This document shows, in pieces, positions 9,844 through 18,681 of a stretch of 64,000 nucleotides of DNA. Position 1 is the first letter of the stretch. Every line of letters begins with the position of its first letter. The stretch covers positions 833,244 to 897,243 of the forward strand of contig CAWBRG010000010.1 of the NCBI GenBank assembly GCA_963791185.1, written 5' to 3'. The translations under genes were made by a program, and so were the position numbers. A model generated the notes under the pieces. The model had not been told where the DNA came from and ran no database searches. It saw only the letters and a list, made by a program, of their open reading frames with translations. Origin of the DNA: an uncultured Actinomycetota bacterium (GTDB lineage: Bacteria > Actinomycetota > Actinomycetes > Mycobacteriales > Pseudonocardiaceae).

Positions 9844-11223
9844 TCAGGGTCGACGCGCGGCTTTGACCTGCTCGTAACGGGCGAGCGCCTCCACGCGTTC
9901 GGCCTTGTGGTCGACGATCGGCTCCGGGTAACCCTCGGGCACACCGTCCGGCAGCGCCCACGGCTGGTGCACGGCCTTCCCGCGCACGCCGCGCAGCTCA
10001 GGCACGTGACGACGCACGTAGTCGCCGTCCGGGTCGAACTTCTCACCCTGCGTGACCGGGTTGAACACCCGGAAGTACGGCGACGCGTCGGTGCCGCTGC
10101 CCGCCGTCCACTGCCACCCGTGTTGGTTCGAGGCGAGGTCGCCGTCCACGAGCAGCTTCATGAAGTGCCGCGCGCCCCACCACCACGGCAGGTGCAGGTC
10201 CTTCACGAGGAAGCTCGCCACGATCATCCGCACCCGGTTGTGCATCCACGCCTCCGCCCGGAGCTGCCGCATCCCGGCGTCGACGATCGGGAAACCGGTG
10301 CGGCCCTCGCGCCAGGCGTCGAACGCCTCCTGCGCCGCCTTGCCGGACGCGAGCGGCAACGCGTCGAACGAGCGGTCGTAGTTGCGGCGGGCGGAGTCGG
10401 GGCGCTGGTGGAGGATGTCGGCGTAGAACTCGCGCCACGCGATCTCGGTGCGGTAGGTCTCGACCGACTCCGAACGGCGCCGGGCGAGGTCGGCCAGCAT
10501 CGTCCGCGGGTGGATCTCCCCGTACTTGAGGTGCACCGACATGCGGGAGGTGCCCGGCTTGTCCGGCCGGTTGCGGGCGGGCCCGTAGTCCGCGACCGGG
10601 CCGTCCAGGAAGTCCCGCCAACGCTCGTGCGCGGCGTCCTCGCCTGCCTCGGGGAGGTCGGCGTCGAGCGACTCGTCGTCGGGGATCGGCACGGCCCCCT
10701 TCACGGACGGCTTCTGCCACTCCAGGGTGTCGGCGTCGGTGTCGGCGGGCTTGCGCCAGCCGTGCTGGGCCCAGGCGCGGCGGAACGGCGTGAACACCTT
10801 GAACGGGTCGCCGTCGTCCTTGCGCACGCGGCCGGGCGCCACGGCGTACGGGGAGCCGGTGCGCACCAGCTCCCGCTCGTCCTCGGCCAGCGCCTTCGCC
10901 ACGGCCTCGTCGCGCTTGCTGCCGTAGGGCCCGAAGTCGGCGGCGACGTGCACCGTCGCGGCGTCGACGGCCTTCGCGACCTCGGGCACCACTTCGGCGG
11001 GGTCACCGCGCACGACGAGCAGCCGCCCGCCGAGCGACGCGTCCAGCGCCCGGAGCGATCGGTAGAGGTAGGTGCGGCGGGCCGCGCCCGCCGGGTCGAG
11101 CAGGGCGGGGTCGAGCACGAACAGGGCGAGTGCGGTCTTCGCGGCGTCGCGGGCGGCCAGGAACGTCGGCTGGTCGCGCACCCGCAGGTCGCGGCGGAAC
11201 CAGACGAGGGCCGTGTCGCTCAT
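9844..11223 (-). CDS. phr: Deoxyribodipyrimidine photolyase / cryptochrome family
   Basis: VWFRRDLR, TSRMSVHLKYGEI, GRTGFPIVDAGMRQL, WMHNRVRMIVASFL and YFRVFNP motifs. Confidence 0.95.
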   Translation of the reverse strand: MSDTALVWFRRDLRVRDQPTFLAARDAAKTALALFVLDPALLDPAGAARRTYLYRSLRALDASLGGRLLVVRGDPAEVVPEVAKAVDAATVHVAADFGPYGSKRDEAVAKALAEDERELVRTGSPYAVAPGRVRKDDGDPFKVFTPFRRAWAQHGWRKPADTDADTLEWQKPSVKGAVPIPDDESLDADLPEAGEDAAHERWRDFLDGPVADYGPARNRPDKPGTSRMSVHLKYGEIHPRTMLADLARRRSESVETYRTEIAWREFYADILHQRPDSARRNYDRSFDALPLASGKAAQEAFDAWREGRTGFPIVDAGMRQLRAEAWMHNRVRMIVASFLVKDLHLPWWWGARHFMKLLVDGDLASNQHGWQWTAGSGTDASPYFRVFNPVTQGEKFDPDGDYVRRHVPELRGVRGKAVHQPWALPDGVPEGYPEPIVDHKAERVEALARYEQVKAARRP

Positions 11224-11356
11224 GGACGCCGACGCTAGCGGGGCCGCGCCGACCCGGCGCGTTGGATCGCGACCGCCGCCGCGACGCCGCCGCCGCCGCG
11301 TCCGGCACGTGTGGATGGGCCCCGGACCTCCCCGCCGGTGGCCGGATGTCCGCCCA

Positions 11357-11430
11357 CCTCGGCGTCCCGGAAACGGGGACTCGCCGTCACGAAAACCGGG
11401 ACTCGCCGTCATGAGAACGGCGACTCGGCG
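11357..11430 (+). repeat. 22-bp-period tandem array A (core ACTCGCCGTC)
   Basis: Units start at 11357, 11379, 11401 and 11423. Confidence 0.85.
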
Positions 11431-12088
11431 TTCGGGGGGCGGTCCAGCTGCGCAGGGCGCGCTCCAGCGGGGGACGCACCCAGGCGGCGAGGGCGGCGGG
11501 GTCGTGGGGGCCGCGGACCAGCGCCGTGAAGACCAATCCGTCCAGGAGGGCGGCGATCTCGTCGGCCGCGGCGGCGGGGTCGGCGGCGCCCTCCGCGGCG
11601 AGCGTGCGGGCGGCGAACGCGCGGATGGCGTCGCCGCCCACCACGAGCGCCGCGCGCAGACCCGGCTCCCGCGCGCCCGCGACGCTGAGCTCGTAGCGGG
11701 CGAGGGTGCGGTGCCGCCCGGTCGTCGCCATCACCACCGCCACCGCGACCGCCGCGTCGACGAGGTCCATGGAAGGCACGGCCACCACCTCCGGCGCCGC
11801 CTGGTCGATCTCCACCAGCCGCGCGACGCAGCCCTCGACGAGCGCGGACCGGCTGCGGAAGTAGTACGACGTGCTGCCCGGCGCGATGCCCGCGGCCGCG
11901 TCGACCGCGCGGTGGGTGAGCCCGCGCATGCCGTGCTCGGCGAGCACGCGCAGGGCGGCGTCGAGGATCTCGGTGCGCCGGGCGGTTCCCCGGCCACCCC
12001 GGCCTGCGCGGCTCCGGCGAGATCGCGGCCCCGGGCGATCTCGCCCCGCCCCGCCATGCCCCTGGCCTGCGGCGAACTGCTCGACCAC
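11387..12088 (-). CDS. TetR/AcrR family regulator (start uncertain; may be GTG 11997 with a frameshift)
   Basis: HTH RRTEILDAALRVLAEHGMRGLTHRAVDAAAGIAPGSTSYYF. Confidence 0.8.
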   Translation of the reverse strand: MVEQFAAGQGHGGAGRDRPGPRSRRSRAGRGGRGTARRTEILDAALRVLAEHGMRGLTHRAVDAAAGIAPGSTSYYFRSRSALVEGCVARLVEIDQAAPEVVAVPSMDLVDAAVAVAVVMATTGRHRTLARYELSVAGAREPGLRAALVVGGDAIRAFAARTLAAEGAADPAAAADEIAALLDGLVFTALVRGPHDPAALAAWVRPPLERALRSWTAPRTPSRRSHDGESRFS

Positions 12089-12148
12089 CGCACCGGGGCG
12101 CGGTTCGGGTGCATGCCCATGTCGGCCGACGCCGTCTACTGGTACGCC

Positions 12149-12222
12149 ACCTGGCGTGGTGAAAACGCAAACTCGCCGTCGCGAGAAGGGAGACTCGCCG
12201 TCACGGGAACGGAGACTCGCCG
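12149..12222 (+). repeat. 22-bp-period tandem array B
   Basis: ACTCGCCG cores at 12171, 12193 and 12215, with a degenerate unit at 12149. Confidence 0.85.
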
Positions 12223-12303
12223 GGCGCTGCGGGTCCCCACCCGCTTCGCCACCCGCACCCTGGCCACCCAGATGGGTTTCACGCCTCCCGTCACATTGCA
12301 CTA

Positions 12304-12319
12304 ATGCGCATGTTCGCAT
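12304..12319. promoter_or_regulatory. Candidate ArsR/SmtB-type operator upstream of the CDF gene
   Basis: ATGCG-N6-CGCAT inverted repeat in an AT-rich patch 12 bp before the ATG. Confidence 0.4.
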
Positions 12320-12331
12320 ATGTTCGCGGCC

Positions 12332-13255
12332 ATGGGACACGGGCACGGTCACGGCCACGCCGTCGGACGCAGCGCCGACCGCCGCTGGCTCGCCGCAGCG
12401 CTCGCGTTGATCCTCACGTTCATGGCGGTCGAGTTCGTCGTCGGCCTCGTGGCCGGGTCGCTGGCGCTGATCTCCGACGCGGCGCACATGCTCACCGACG
12501 CGGCCGCGATCGCGCTCGCCCTGGTCGCCATCCGCCTCGCCGCCCGTCCCGCGAAGGGCGGCTACACGTACGGCCTGCGCCGCACCGAGATCCTCTCCGC
12601 CCAGGCCAACGGCATCACGCTGCTGCTACTGGCCGCCTGGTTCTGCTACGAGGGCGTGCGACGGCTGCTCGACCCACCGGCGGTCGAGGGCGGGCTCGTG
12701 CTGGTGACGGCGCTGGTCGGGATCGTCGTCAACGTCGCCGCCACGTGGTGCGTGAGCCGGGCCGACCGCACCAGCCTGAACGTCGAGGGGGCCTTCCAGC
12801 ACATCCTCAACGACCTCTACGCGTTCATCGCGACGGCCATCGCGGGCCTCGTCGTGCTGACCACCGGCTTCGCCGGGGCGGACGCCATCGCCGCGCTCGT
12901 CGTGGCCGGGCTGATGATCAAAGCGGGCTGGGCGCTGCTGCGCGAGAGCGGCCGGATCTTCCTCGAGGCCGCGCCACGCGGCGTCGACCCCGACCGGATC
13001 GGGGCCGACCTCGCCGCGGTGGCGGGCGTCGACGAGGTGCACGACCTGCACATCTGGGAGATCACCTCGGGTGAGCCCGCGTTGTCGGCGCACGTGCTCG
13101 TGCGGCCCGACGTCGACTGCCACGCCGCCCGCCTGGCCATCGAGCAGGTGCTCCGCGCCGATCGGATCACGCACACGACGCTGCAGGTCGACCACCAGGA
13201 GACGGTCGGAGCGGAGCACTGCGAGGACGCCCACGGTCCGGTGCACCGGGCTTAG
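12332..13255 (+). CDS. Cation diffusion facilitator (CzcD/ZitB-like Zn/Co/Cd exporter)
   Basis: His-rich N-terminus MGHGHGHGH, SLALISDAAHMLTD, HILND and VHDLHIWEIT motifs. Confidence 0.93.
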   Translation: MGHGHGHGHAVGRSADRRWLAAALALILTFMAVEFVVGLVAGSLALISDAAHMLTDAAAIALALVAIRLAARPAKGGYTYGLRRTEILSAQANGITLLLLAAWFCYEGVRRLLDPPAVEGGLVLVTALVGIVVNVAATWCVSRADRTSLNVEGAFQHILNDLYAFIATAIAGLVVLTTGFAGADAIAALVVAGLMIKAGWALLRESGRIFLEAAPRGVDPDRIGADLAAVAGVDEVHDLHIWEITSGEPALSAHVLVRPDVDCHAARLAIEQVLRADRITHTTLQVDHQETVGAEHCEDAHGPVHRA

Positions 13256-14538
13256 GCGGGGTAGTTGCGCTCCGTCTCGCCGATGTACAGCTGGCGGGGC
13301 CGCCCGATCTTCGTGGTGGGGTCGTTGATCATCTCGCGCCAGTGCGCGATCCAGCCCGGCAGCCGCCCGAGCGCGAACAGCACGGTGAACATGCGCGTGG
13401 GGAAGCCCATCGCGCGGTAGATCACGCCGGTGTAGAAGTCGACGTTCGGGTAGAGCTTGCGCTCGATGAAGTAGTCGTCGGCCAGGGCTTTCTCCTCGAG
13501 GGCCTTGGCGATGTCCAGCAGGGGGTCGTTGACCCCGATGCGCTTGAGGATCTCGTCGGCGCTCTGCTTGACGATCTTCGCCCGCGGGTCGTAGTTCTTG
13601 TAGACGCGGTGCCCGAAGCCCATCAGGCGCGCGCCCTTGTCCTCCTTGTTCTTGACCCGCTTGACGTAGTTCTCGACGTCGCCCTTCTCCTCGTTCTGGA
13701 TCTTCTGCAGCATCTCCAGCACGGCCTGGTTGGCCCCGCCGTGCAGCGGCCCGAACAGCGCGTTGATGCCCGCGGAGATGGAGGCGAACAGGTTGGCGTT
13801 GGACGAGCCGACCATGCGGACGGTGGACGTCGAACAGTTCTGCTCGTGGTCGGCGTGCAGGATCAGCAGGGTGTCCAGCGCGCGGGCCATCTCCGGGTCG
13901 ACCTCGTAGGGCTCGGCCGGGAACCCGAACGTCATGCGCAGGAAGTTCTCGATGAGGCCCTGCGAGTTGTCCGGGTAGAGGAACGGCTGGCCGATCGACT
14001 TCTTGTAGGCGTACGCCGCGATCGTCGGCAGCTTGGCCAGCAGCCGGATGGTGGACAGCTCGACGTCGTCGGCGTTGAACGGGTCGAGGCTGTCCTGGTA
14101 GAAGGTCGACAGCGCCGAGACGGCCGAGGAGAGCACCGGCATCGGGTGCGCGTCGCGCGGGAACCCGTTGAAGAACGCCTTGAGGTCCTCGTGCAGCAGC
14201 GTGTGGCGGCTGATCTTGTTGGTGAATTCGTCGAGCTCGGTCTTGCCGGGCAGCTCGCCGTAGATCAGCAGGTAGCTGACCTCCAGGAACGACGAGTGCT
14301 CCGCGAGCTGGTCGATGGGGTAGCCGCGGTAGCGCAGGATGCCCGCGTCGCCGTCGATGTAGGTGATGGCGGAGCTGCAGGCGGCGGTGTTGCCGTAGCC
14401 GGAGTCGATCGTGGTGTAGCCGGCGCCGGAGAGCAGCTTGCCGATGTCGAGCGCCGAGGATCCCTCGGTGGCCGCCTTGATCGGCAGCTCCTGGTCGCCG
14501 CCGGGCAGGCGGAGTACGGCGGTGTCGTCAGCAGTCAT
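13252..14538 (-). CDS. gltA: Citrate synthase (type II)
   Basis: LHADHEQNCSTSTVR, GPLHGGAN, LMGFGHRVYKNYDPRA and LYPNVDFY motifs. Confidence 0.97.
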   Translation of the reverse strand: MTADDTAVLRLPGGDQELPIKAATEGSSALDIGKLLSGAGYTTIDSGYGNTAACSSAITYIDGDAGILRYRGYPIDQLAEHSSFLEVSYLLIYGELPGKTELDEFTNKISRHTLLHEDLKAFFNGFPRDAHPMPVLSSAVSALSTFYQDSLDPFNADDVELSTIRLLAKLPTIAAYAYKKSIGQPFLYPDNSQGLIENFLRMTFGFPAEPYEVDPEMARALDTLLILHADHEQNCSTSTVRMVGSSNANLFASISAGINALFGPLHGGANQAVLEMLQKIQNEEKGDVENYVKRVKNKEDKGARLMGFGHRVYKNYDPRAKIVKQSADEILKRIGVNDPLLDIAKALEEKALADDYFIERKLYPNVDFYTGVIYRAMGFPTRMFTVLFALGRLPGWIAHWREMINDPTTKIGRPRQLYIGETERNYPA

Positions 14539-14620
14539 CGTGGAGGGTCCCTCACACTCGGATGGGCCGGGTTCAGCACCCACGCTAGTGCTCGCGCGGC
14601 CGTTTGTGCCCGATGAGGAC

Positions 14621-15922
14621 TTACGTCACGGGCGCACGGTAGTGCCAGAACTCGCGGAACCGCGCCACAACGGCCACCATGCCGACGATCACGGCGATAC
14701 CGCCCGCCGTAGCGGCCAGTCCGGGGCCGACGACGGCGGCCGCCGAGCCGTGCCACAGGTCGGCCACCCGCGGCCCACCGGCGACGACGACGATGAACAC
14801 GCCCTGCATCCGCCCGCGCATCTCGTCGGTGGCGACGGTCTGCAGCATCGACGAGCGGAACACGGCGCTGACCAGGTCGCCCGCCCCGGCGATGGCCAGC
14901 AGGAGCACCGCGAGCCACAGCGTGCTGGTGAGCCCGAACAGGGCAACACCCAGGCCCCAGACGCAGATCGACACCAGCACCGCCACCCCTTGGCGGCGGA
15001 TGCGCGTGAGGTACCCGGAGAACAGGCCGCCGACGACCGCGCCGATGGGGATCGCGGCGAACAGCAGGCCCAGCGCGAAGCCGCCGCCGGGCGGGTCGCC
15101 GAACGTCCGCTCGGCCATCTCCGGGAACAAGATCCGCGGCATGCCGAACGCCATGGCGATGATGTCGGCGAGGAACGAGACGAGCAGCACCTTGTGCAGC
15201 GCGGCGTAGCGGAACCCGGCGACGACGTCGCGCAGCCCCGCCCGGGCCCGCTGCTCGCCCGGGGGCGGCATCGCGGGCAGCCGCCACGTGGCCCACAGCG
15301 TGGCGAGCAGCGCGATGGCGTCGAGCAGGTAGAGGGTGGGCAGCCCGATCACCGGGATGAGCACGCCCGCCAGCAGCGGCCCGACGAACGCGCCGAGCTG
15401 GAAGACGGTGAAGTTGAGTGTGTTCGCGGCGGGCAGCAGCCCGGGCTCGACCAGCCGTGGGATCACCGCGCTGCGGGTGGGCTGGTTGATCGCCAGCAGC
15501 GCCGTCTGCACCGCGAACAGCACGAGCACGACCCAGACGTTGCCCACGCCGCTCGCCGCGATCACCCACAGCGCGAGCGACATCACCGCGATCCCCGCGC
15601 CGGTGACGAGCAGCAGCGTGCGGCGGTCGACCGCGTCGGCGATCGCGCCGCCCCACAGCCCGAACACGACCAGCGGGACCAGCCCGAAGAGCCCGGTCAG
15701 GCCGACGTAGGCCGACGAGCCGGTGAGCACGAAGATCTGGGTGGGCACCGCGACGACCGTGAGCTGCGCCCCGACCACGGTGATGACCCCGGCCGTCCAC
15801 AGCCGCCGGTAGGCGGGCGTGCGCAGTGGGCGGGTGTCGGCGAGTGCGCCGCGGGCCACGCGGGTGAACCTGCGCAGGCGCGTCGTCGGATCCGGGTCGT
15901 TCACGTTGTCCACGCTAACCAC
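14621..15922 (-). CDS. MFS transporter (EntS-like)
   Basis: About 12 hydrophobic segments; GGAIADAVDRR and MRGRMQG motifs. Confidence 0.88.
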   Translation of the reverse strand: MVSVDNVNDPDPTTRLRRFTRVARGALADTRPLRTPAYRRLWTAGVITVVGAQLTVVAVPTQIFVLTGSSAYVGLTGLFGLVPLVVFGLWGGAIADAVDRRTLLLVTGAGIAVMSLALWVIAASGVGNVWVVLVLFAVQTALLAINQPTRSAVIPRLVEPGLLPAANTLNFTVFQLGAFVGPLLAGVLIPVIGLPTLYLLDAIALLATLWATWRLPAMPPPGEQRARAGLRDVVAGFRYAALHKVLLVSFLADIIAMAFGMPRILFPEMAERTFGDPPGGGFALGLLFAAIPIGAVVGGLFSGYLTRIRRQGVAVLVSICVWGLGVALFGLTSTLWLAVLLLAIAGAGDLVSAVFRSSMLQTVATDEMRGRMQGVFIVVVAGGPRVADLWHGSAAAVVGPGLAATAGGIAVIVGMVAVVARFREFWHYRAPVT

Positions 15923-15952
15923 CGCGTGCGGCGGCTCGCCTGGTGATTCCGA

Positions 15953-16609
15953 TCAGGGCGCGATGCGGCGAACCGCCCAGGTGCGGTCGACCGGGTCGAG
16001 CACGAAGCGCAGCCGGTCGTGCATCCGGTCGGCCCGACCCTGCCAGAACTCCACCTGCTCGGGCTGGATCCGCCAGCCTCCCCAGTGCCCCGGCACCGGC
16101 ACCGGCTCGTCGTCGGCGAACCGCTGGGTGATGGCGGCCAGCGCGTCGTCGAGCACGCGGCGGTCGCGCACCACCGTGGACTGCGGCGATGCCCAGGACC
16201 CCAGCTGCGAGCCGCGCGGGCGGCTCGCCCAGTACTCCTGCGTCTCCTCGGGCGCCACCTCCTCGACCGGACCGCGCACGTGCACCTGCCGGTGCTGGGC
16301 GTACCAGGGGAAGGTGGCCGACGCGTACCGCACGACGCGCAGGTCGTGGCTCTTCGACGACGTGTAGTTGGTGTAGAACACGACGCCGCGCTCGTCGAAG
16401 CCCTTGCAGAGCACCGTGCGCGACGACGGCCTGCCCTCTGCGTTCGCCGTGGCCAACACCATGGCGTTGACCTCGGGGAACCCCGCCTCCTGTGCTTCGG
16501 CGAACCACTTCACGAGCTGCTCGTGCCACGTGCCCGCCAAGCCCTCGACGTCGAGGCCCTCCCCGACGTAGTCCACCCGCATCCCGGCCAACTCCTGCGC
16601 CATCGACAT
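15953..16609 (-). CDS. pdxH: Pyridoxamine 5'-phosphate oxidase
   Basis: PSSRTVLCKG, FYTNYTSSK and EFWQGRADRMHDR motifs. Confidence 0.96.
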   Translation of the reverse strand: MSMAQELAGMRVDYVGEGLDVEGLAGTWHEQLVKWFAEAQEAGFPEVNAMVLATANAEGRPSSRTVLCKGFDERGVVFYTNYTSSKSHDLRVVRYASATFPWYAQHRQVHVRGPVEEVAPEETQEYWASRPRGSQLGSWASPQSTVVRDRRVLDDALAAITQRFADDEPVPVPGHWGGWRIQPEQVEFWQGRADRMHDRLRFVLDPVDRTWAVRRIAP

Positions 16610-16778
16610 CCCTTCTTCTCGCCGACGGTCGTGGGGTACCCATCCGGTGACCGATCCCACCCGCCTGTCCCGTTGCTTCGCAGCACCGGCGCGGGCAGAT
16701 TGACGCCAACCACGGTAGCCGTCTGACCCGGCCGTGGGCACCATCCGACGGGCGGCGTAGCCCGGTGAGGAGACCGCA

Positions 16779-17912
16779 GTGACCGCTGCGCAGGACGTAC
16801 CTCCGCCCCCGCCCGGCTTCAAGTCCGGGTTGGAGGGCCACGTCGCGTTCCGCACCGAGATCGCCGAGCCGGACAAGGACGGCGGCGCGCTGCGCTACCG
16901 CGGGGTCGACATCGAGGACCTCGTCGGCAAGGTCTCCTTCGGCAACGTCTGGGCGCTGCTCGTCGACGGGCGCTTCGGGCCCGGGCTGCCGCCCGCCGAC
17001 CCGTTCCCGATCCCGGTGCACACGGGCGACGTGCGCGTGGACGTCCAGGCCGCGCTGGCCATGCTCGCCCCCTACTGGGGCTACCGCCCGCTGCTGGACA
17101 TCGCCGCCGAGGAGGCCCGCGAGCAGCTCGCGCGGGCGTCGGTCATGGCGCTGTCGTACGTGGCCCAGTCGGCCCGAGGCATCGGGGTGCCCGCGGTGCC
17201 GCAGGCCCGCATCGACCAGTGCTCGACGATCACCGAGCGGTTCATGACGCGCTGGCGCGGCGAGCCGGACCCGGCGCACGTCAAGGCGGTGGACGCGTAC
17301 TGGGTGTCGGCGGCCGAGCACGGCATGAACGCCTCGACCTTCACCGCGCGCGTGATCGCCTCCACCGGCGCGGACGTGGCCGCCGCGCTCTCCGGGGCGA
17401 TCGGGGCGATGTCCGGCCCGTTGCACGGCGGCGCGCCCGCCCGGGTGCTGCCGATGCTGGAGGAGGTCGAGCGCACCGAGGACCCGACCGCGCTGGTCAA
17501 GGGCATCCTCGACCGCAGGGAGAAGCTGATGGGCTTCGGCCACCGGGTGTACCGGGCCGAAGACCCGCGCGCCCGGGTGCTGCGCCGCACGTGCAGCGAG
17601 CTGAAGGCGCCGCGCTACGAGGTGGCGGTGGCGCTGGAGCAGGCGGCGCTCAAGGAGCTGCGGGAGCGGCGGCCCGACCACCCGATCGAGACGAACGTCG
17701 AGTTCTGGGCCGCGGTGGTCCTGGACTTCGCCGAGGTGCCGCCGCACATGATGCCCGCGATGTTCACCTCGGCCCGCACGGCCGGGTGGAGCGCGCACAT
17801 CATGGAGCAGAAGCGCGAGTCCAAGCTGGTGCGGCCGTCGGCGCAGTACATCGGGCCCGCGCCGCGCCGCCCGGAGGACGTCGAGGGCTGGGACGAGATC
17901 GCCCACACCTGA
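16779..17912 (+). CDS. citA: Citrate synthase 2
   Basis: AEHGMNASTFTARV, GPLHGGA, LMGFGHRVY and ETNVEFW motifs. Confidence 0.95.
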   Translation: MTAAQDVPPPPPGFKSGLEGHVAFRTEIAEPDKDGGALRYRGVDIEDLVGKVSFGNVWALLVDGRFGPGLPPADPFPIPVHTGDVRVDVQAALAMLAPYWGYRPLLDIAAEEAREQLARASVMALSYVAQSARGIGVPAVPQARIDQCSTITERFMTRWRGEPDPAHVKAVDAYWVSAAEHGMNASTFTARVIASTGADVAAALSGAIGAMSGPLHGGAPARVLPMLEEVERTEDPTALVKGILDRREKLMGFGHRVYRAEDPRARVLRRTCSELKAPRYEVAVALEQAALKELRERRPDHPIETNVEFWAAVVLDFAEVPPHMMPAMFTSARTAGWSAHIMEQKRESKLVRPSAQYIGPAPRRPEDVEGWDEIAHT

Positions 17913-17923
17913 CCGGCCGCGGC

Positions 17924-17992
17924 GACGGCGACGGTCCGTTTCCGTGACGGCGAGTCTCCGTTCTCATGACGGCGAGTCGCGAGATCGGTGAC
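17924..17992 (-). repeat. 22-bp-period tandem array C
   Basis: GACGGCGA cores at 17924, 17946 and 17968, between convergent genes. Confidence 0.85.
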
Positions 17993-17997
17993 ACCGG

Positions 17998-18681
17998 TCA
18001 GGGCAGGCGGGGGTGGTAGACGAGCAGCGCGCAGTCGCCGACCCGGCGCAGGTCGACCAGCTCCATCCGGTCGACCGCGGCGGCGGCCAGGCGCGGGGCC
18101 GCCGGGTCGCCGACGACCAGCGGGGCGACCACGACCTGCAGCTCGTCGACCAGCCCCGCGGTGAGGAACGCCGTGGTCGTGCGGGTGCCGCCCTCGACCA
18201 TGAGCCGGGCGACCCCGCGCGCGGCGAGGTCGGCCAGCACGGCAGGCAGGTCCGGCGCGATCACGACGGTCGCGAGCCCGGCCAGGCGGCGTTGCAGCTC
18301 GGGGACGACCGGGGCGGCTGTGGGGGCGGCCACCGGCGCGGCGACGAGCGCGTAGACGAGCTTCTCGCCGTCGCCCGTGGTGAAGAACTTGGCGCTCGGG
18401 TCGAGGCCGCGGCCGCTGCGGGTGATCGCGACCTTGATCGGCGACGGCGGGAGGCCGCGGGTGACCCGCTCAGCGCTGCGGGCGGCCGAGCGGACCAGCA
18501 GGCGGGGGTCGTCGGCGGCGATCGTGGCCGCGCCGACGAGGATCGCGTCGGCGGCCGCGCGCTCGGCGTCGACCCGGTCGAGGTCCTCGGCGCCCGACAG
18601 GATCAGCCGCTCGGGGCTGGCGTCGTCGACGTGGCCGTCGAGCGAGGTGGCCACCGACAGCAGCACGTGAGGACGGTTCAC
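17998..18681 (-). CDS. RibD C-terminal-like reductase (DHFR fold)
   Basis: ATSLDG, DAILVGAATIAADDPRL and LMVEGG...GLVDEL motifs. Confidence 0.88.
   Translation of the reverse strand: MNRPHVLLSVATSLDGHVDDASPERLILSGAEDLDRVDAERAAADAILVGAATIAADDPRLLVRSAARSAERVTRGLPPSPIKVAITRSGRGLDPSAKFFTTGDGEKLVYALVAAPVAAPTAAPVVPELQRRLAGLATVVIAPDLPAVLADLAARGVARLMVEGGTRTTTAFLTAGLVDELQVVVAPLVVGDPAAPRLAAAAVDRMELVDLRRVGDCALLVYHPRLP

Noticed and set aside
13252-17912. Two citrate synthases close together as a novelty
   Set aside because: gltA and citA near pdxH, serC and sepH is an ordinary actinobacterial arrangement.
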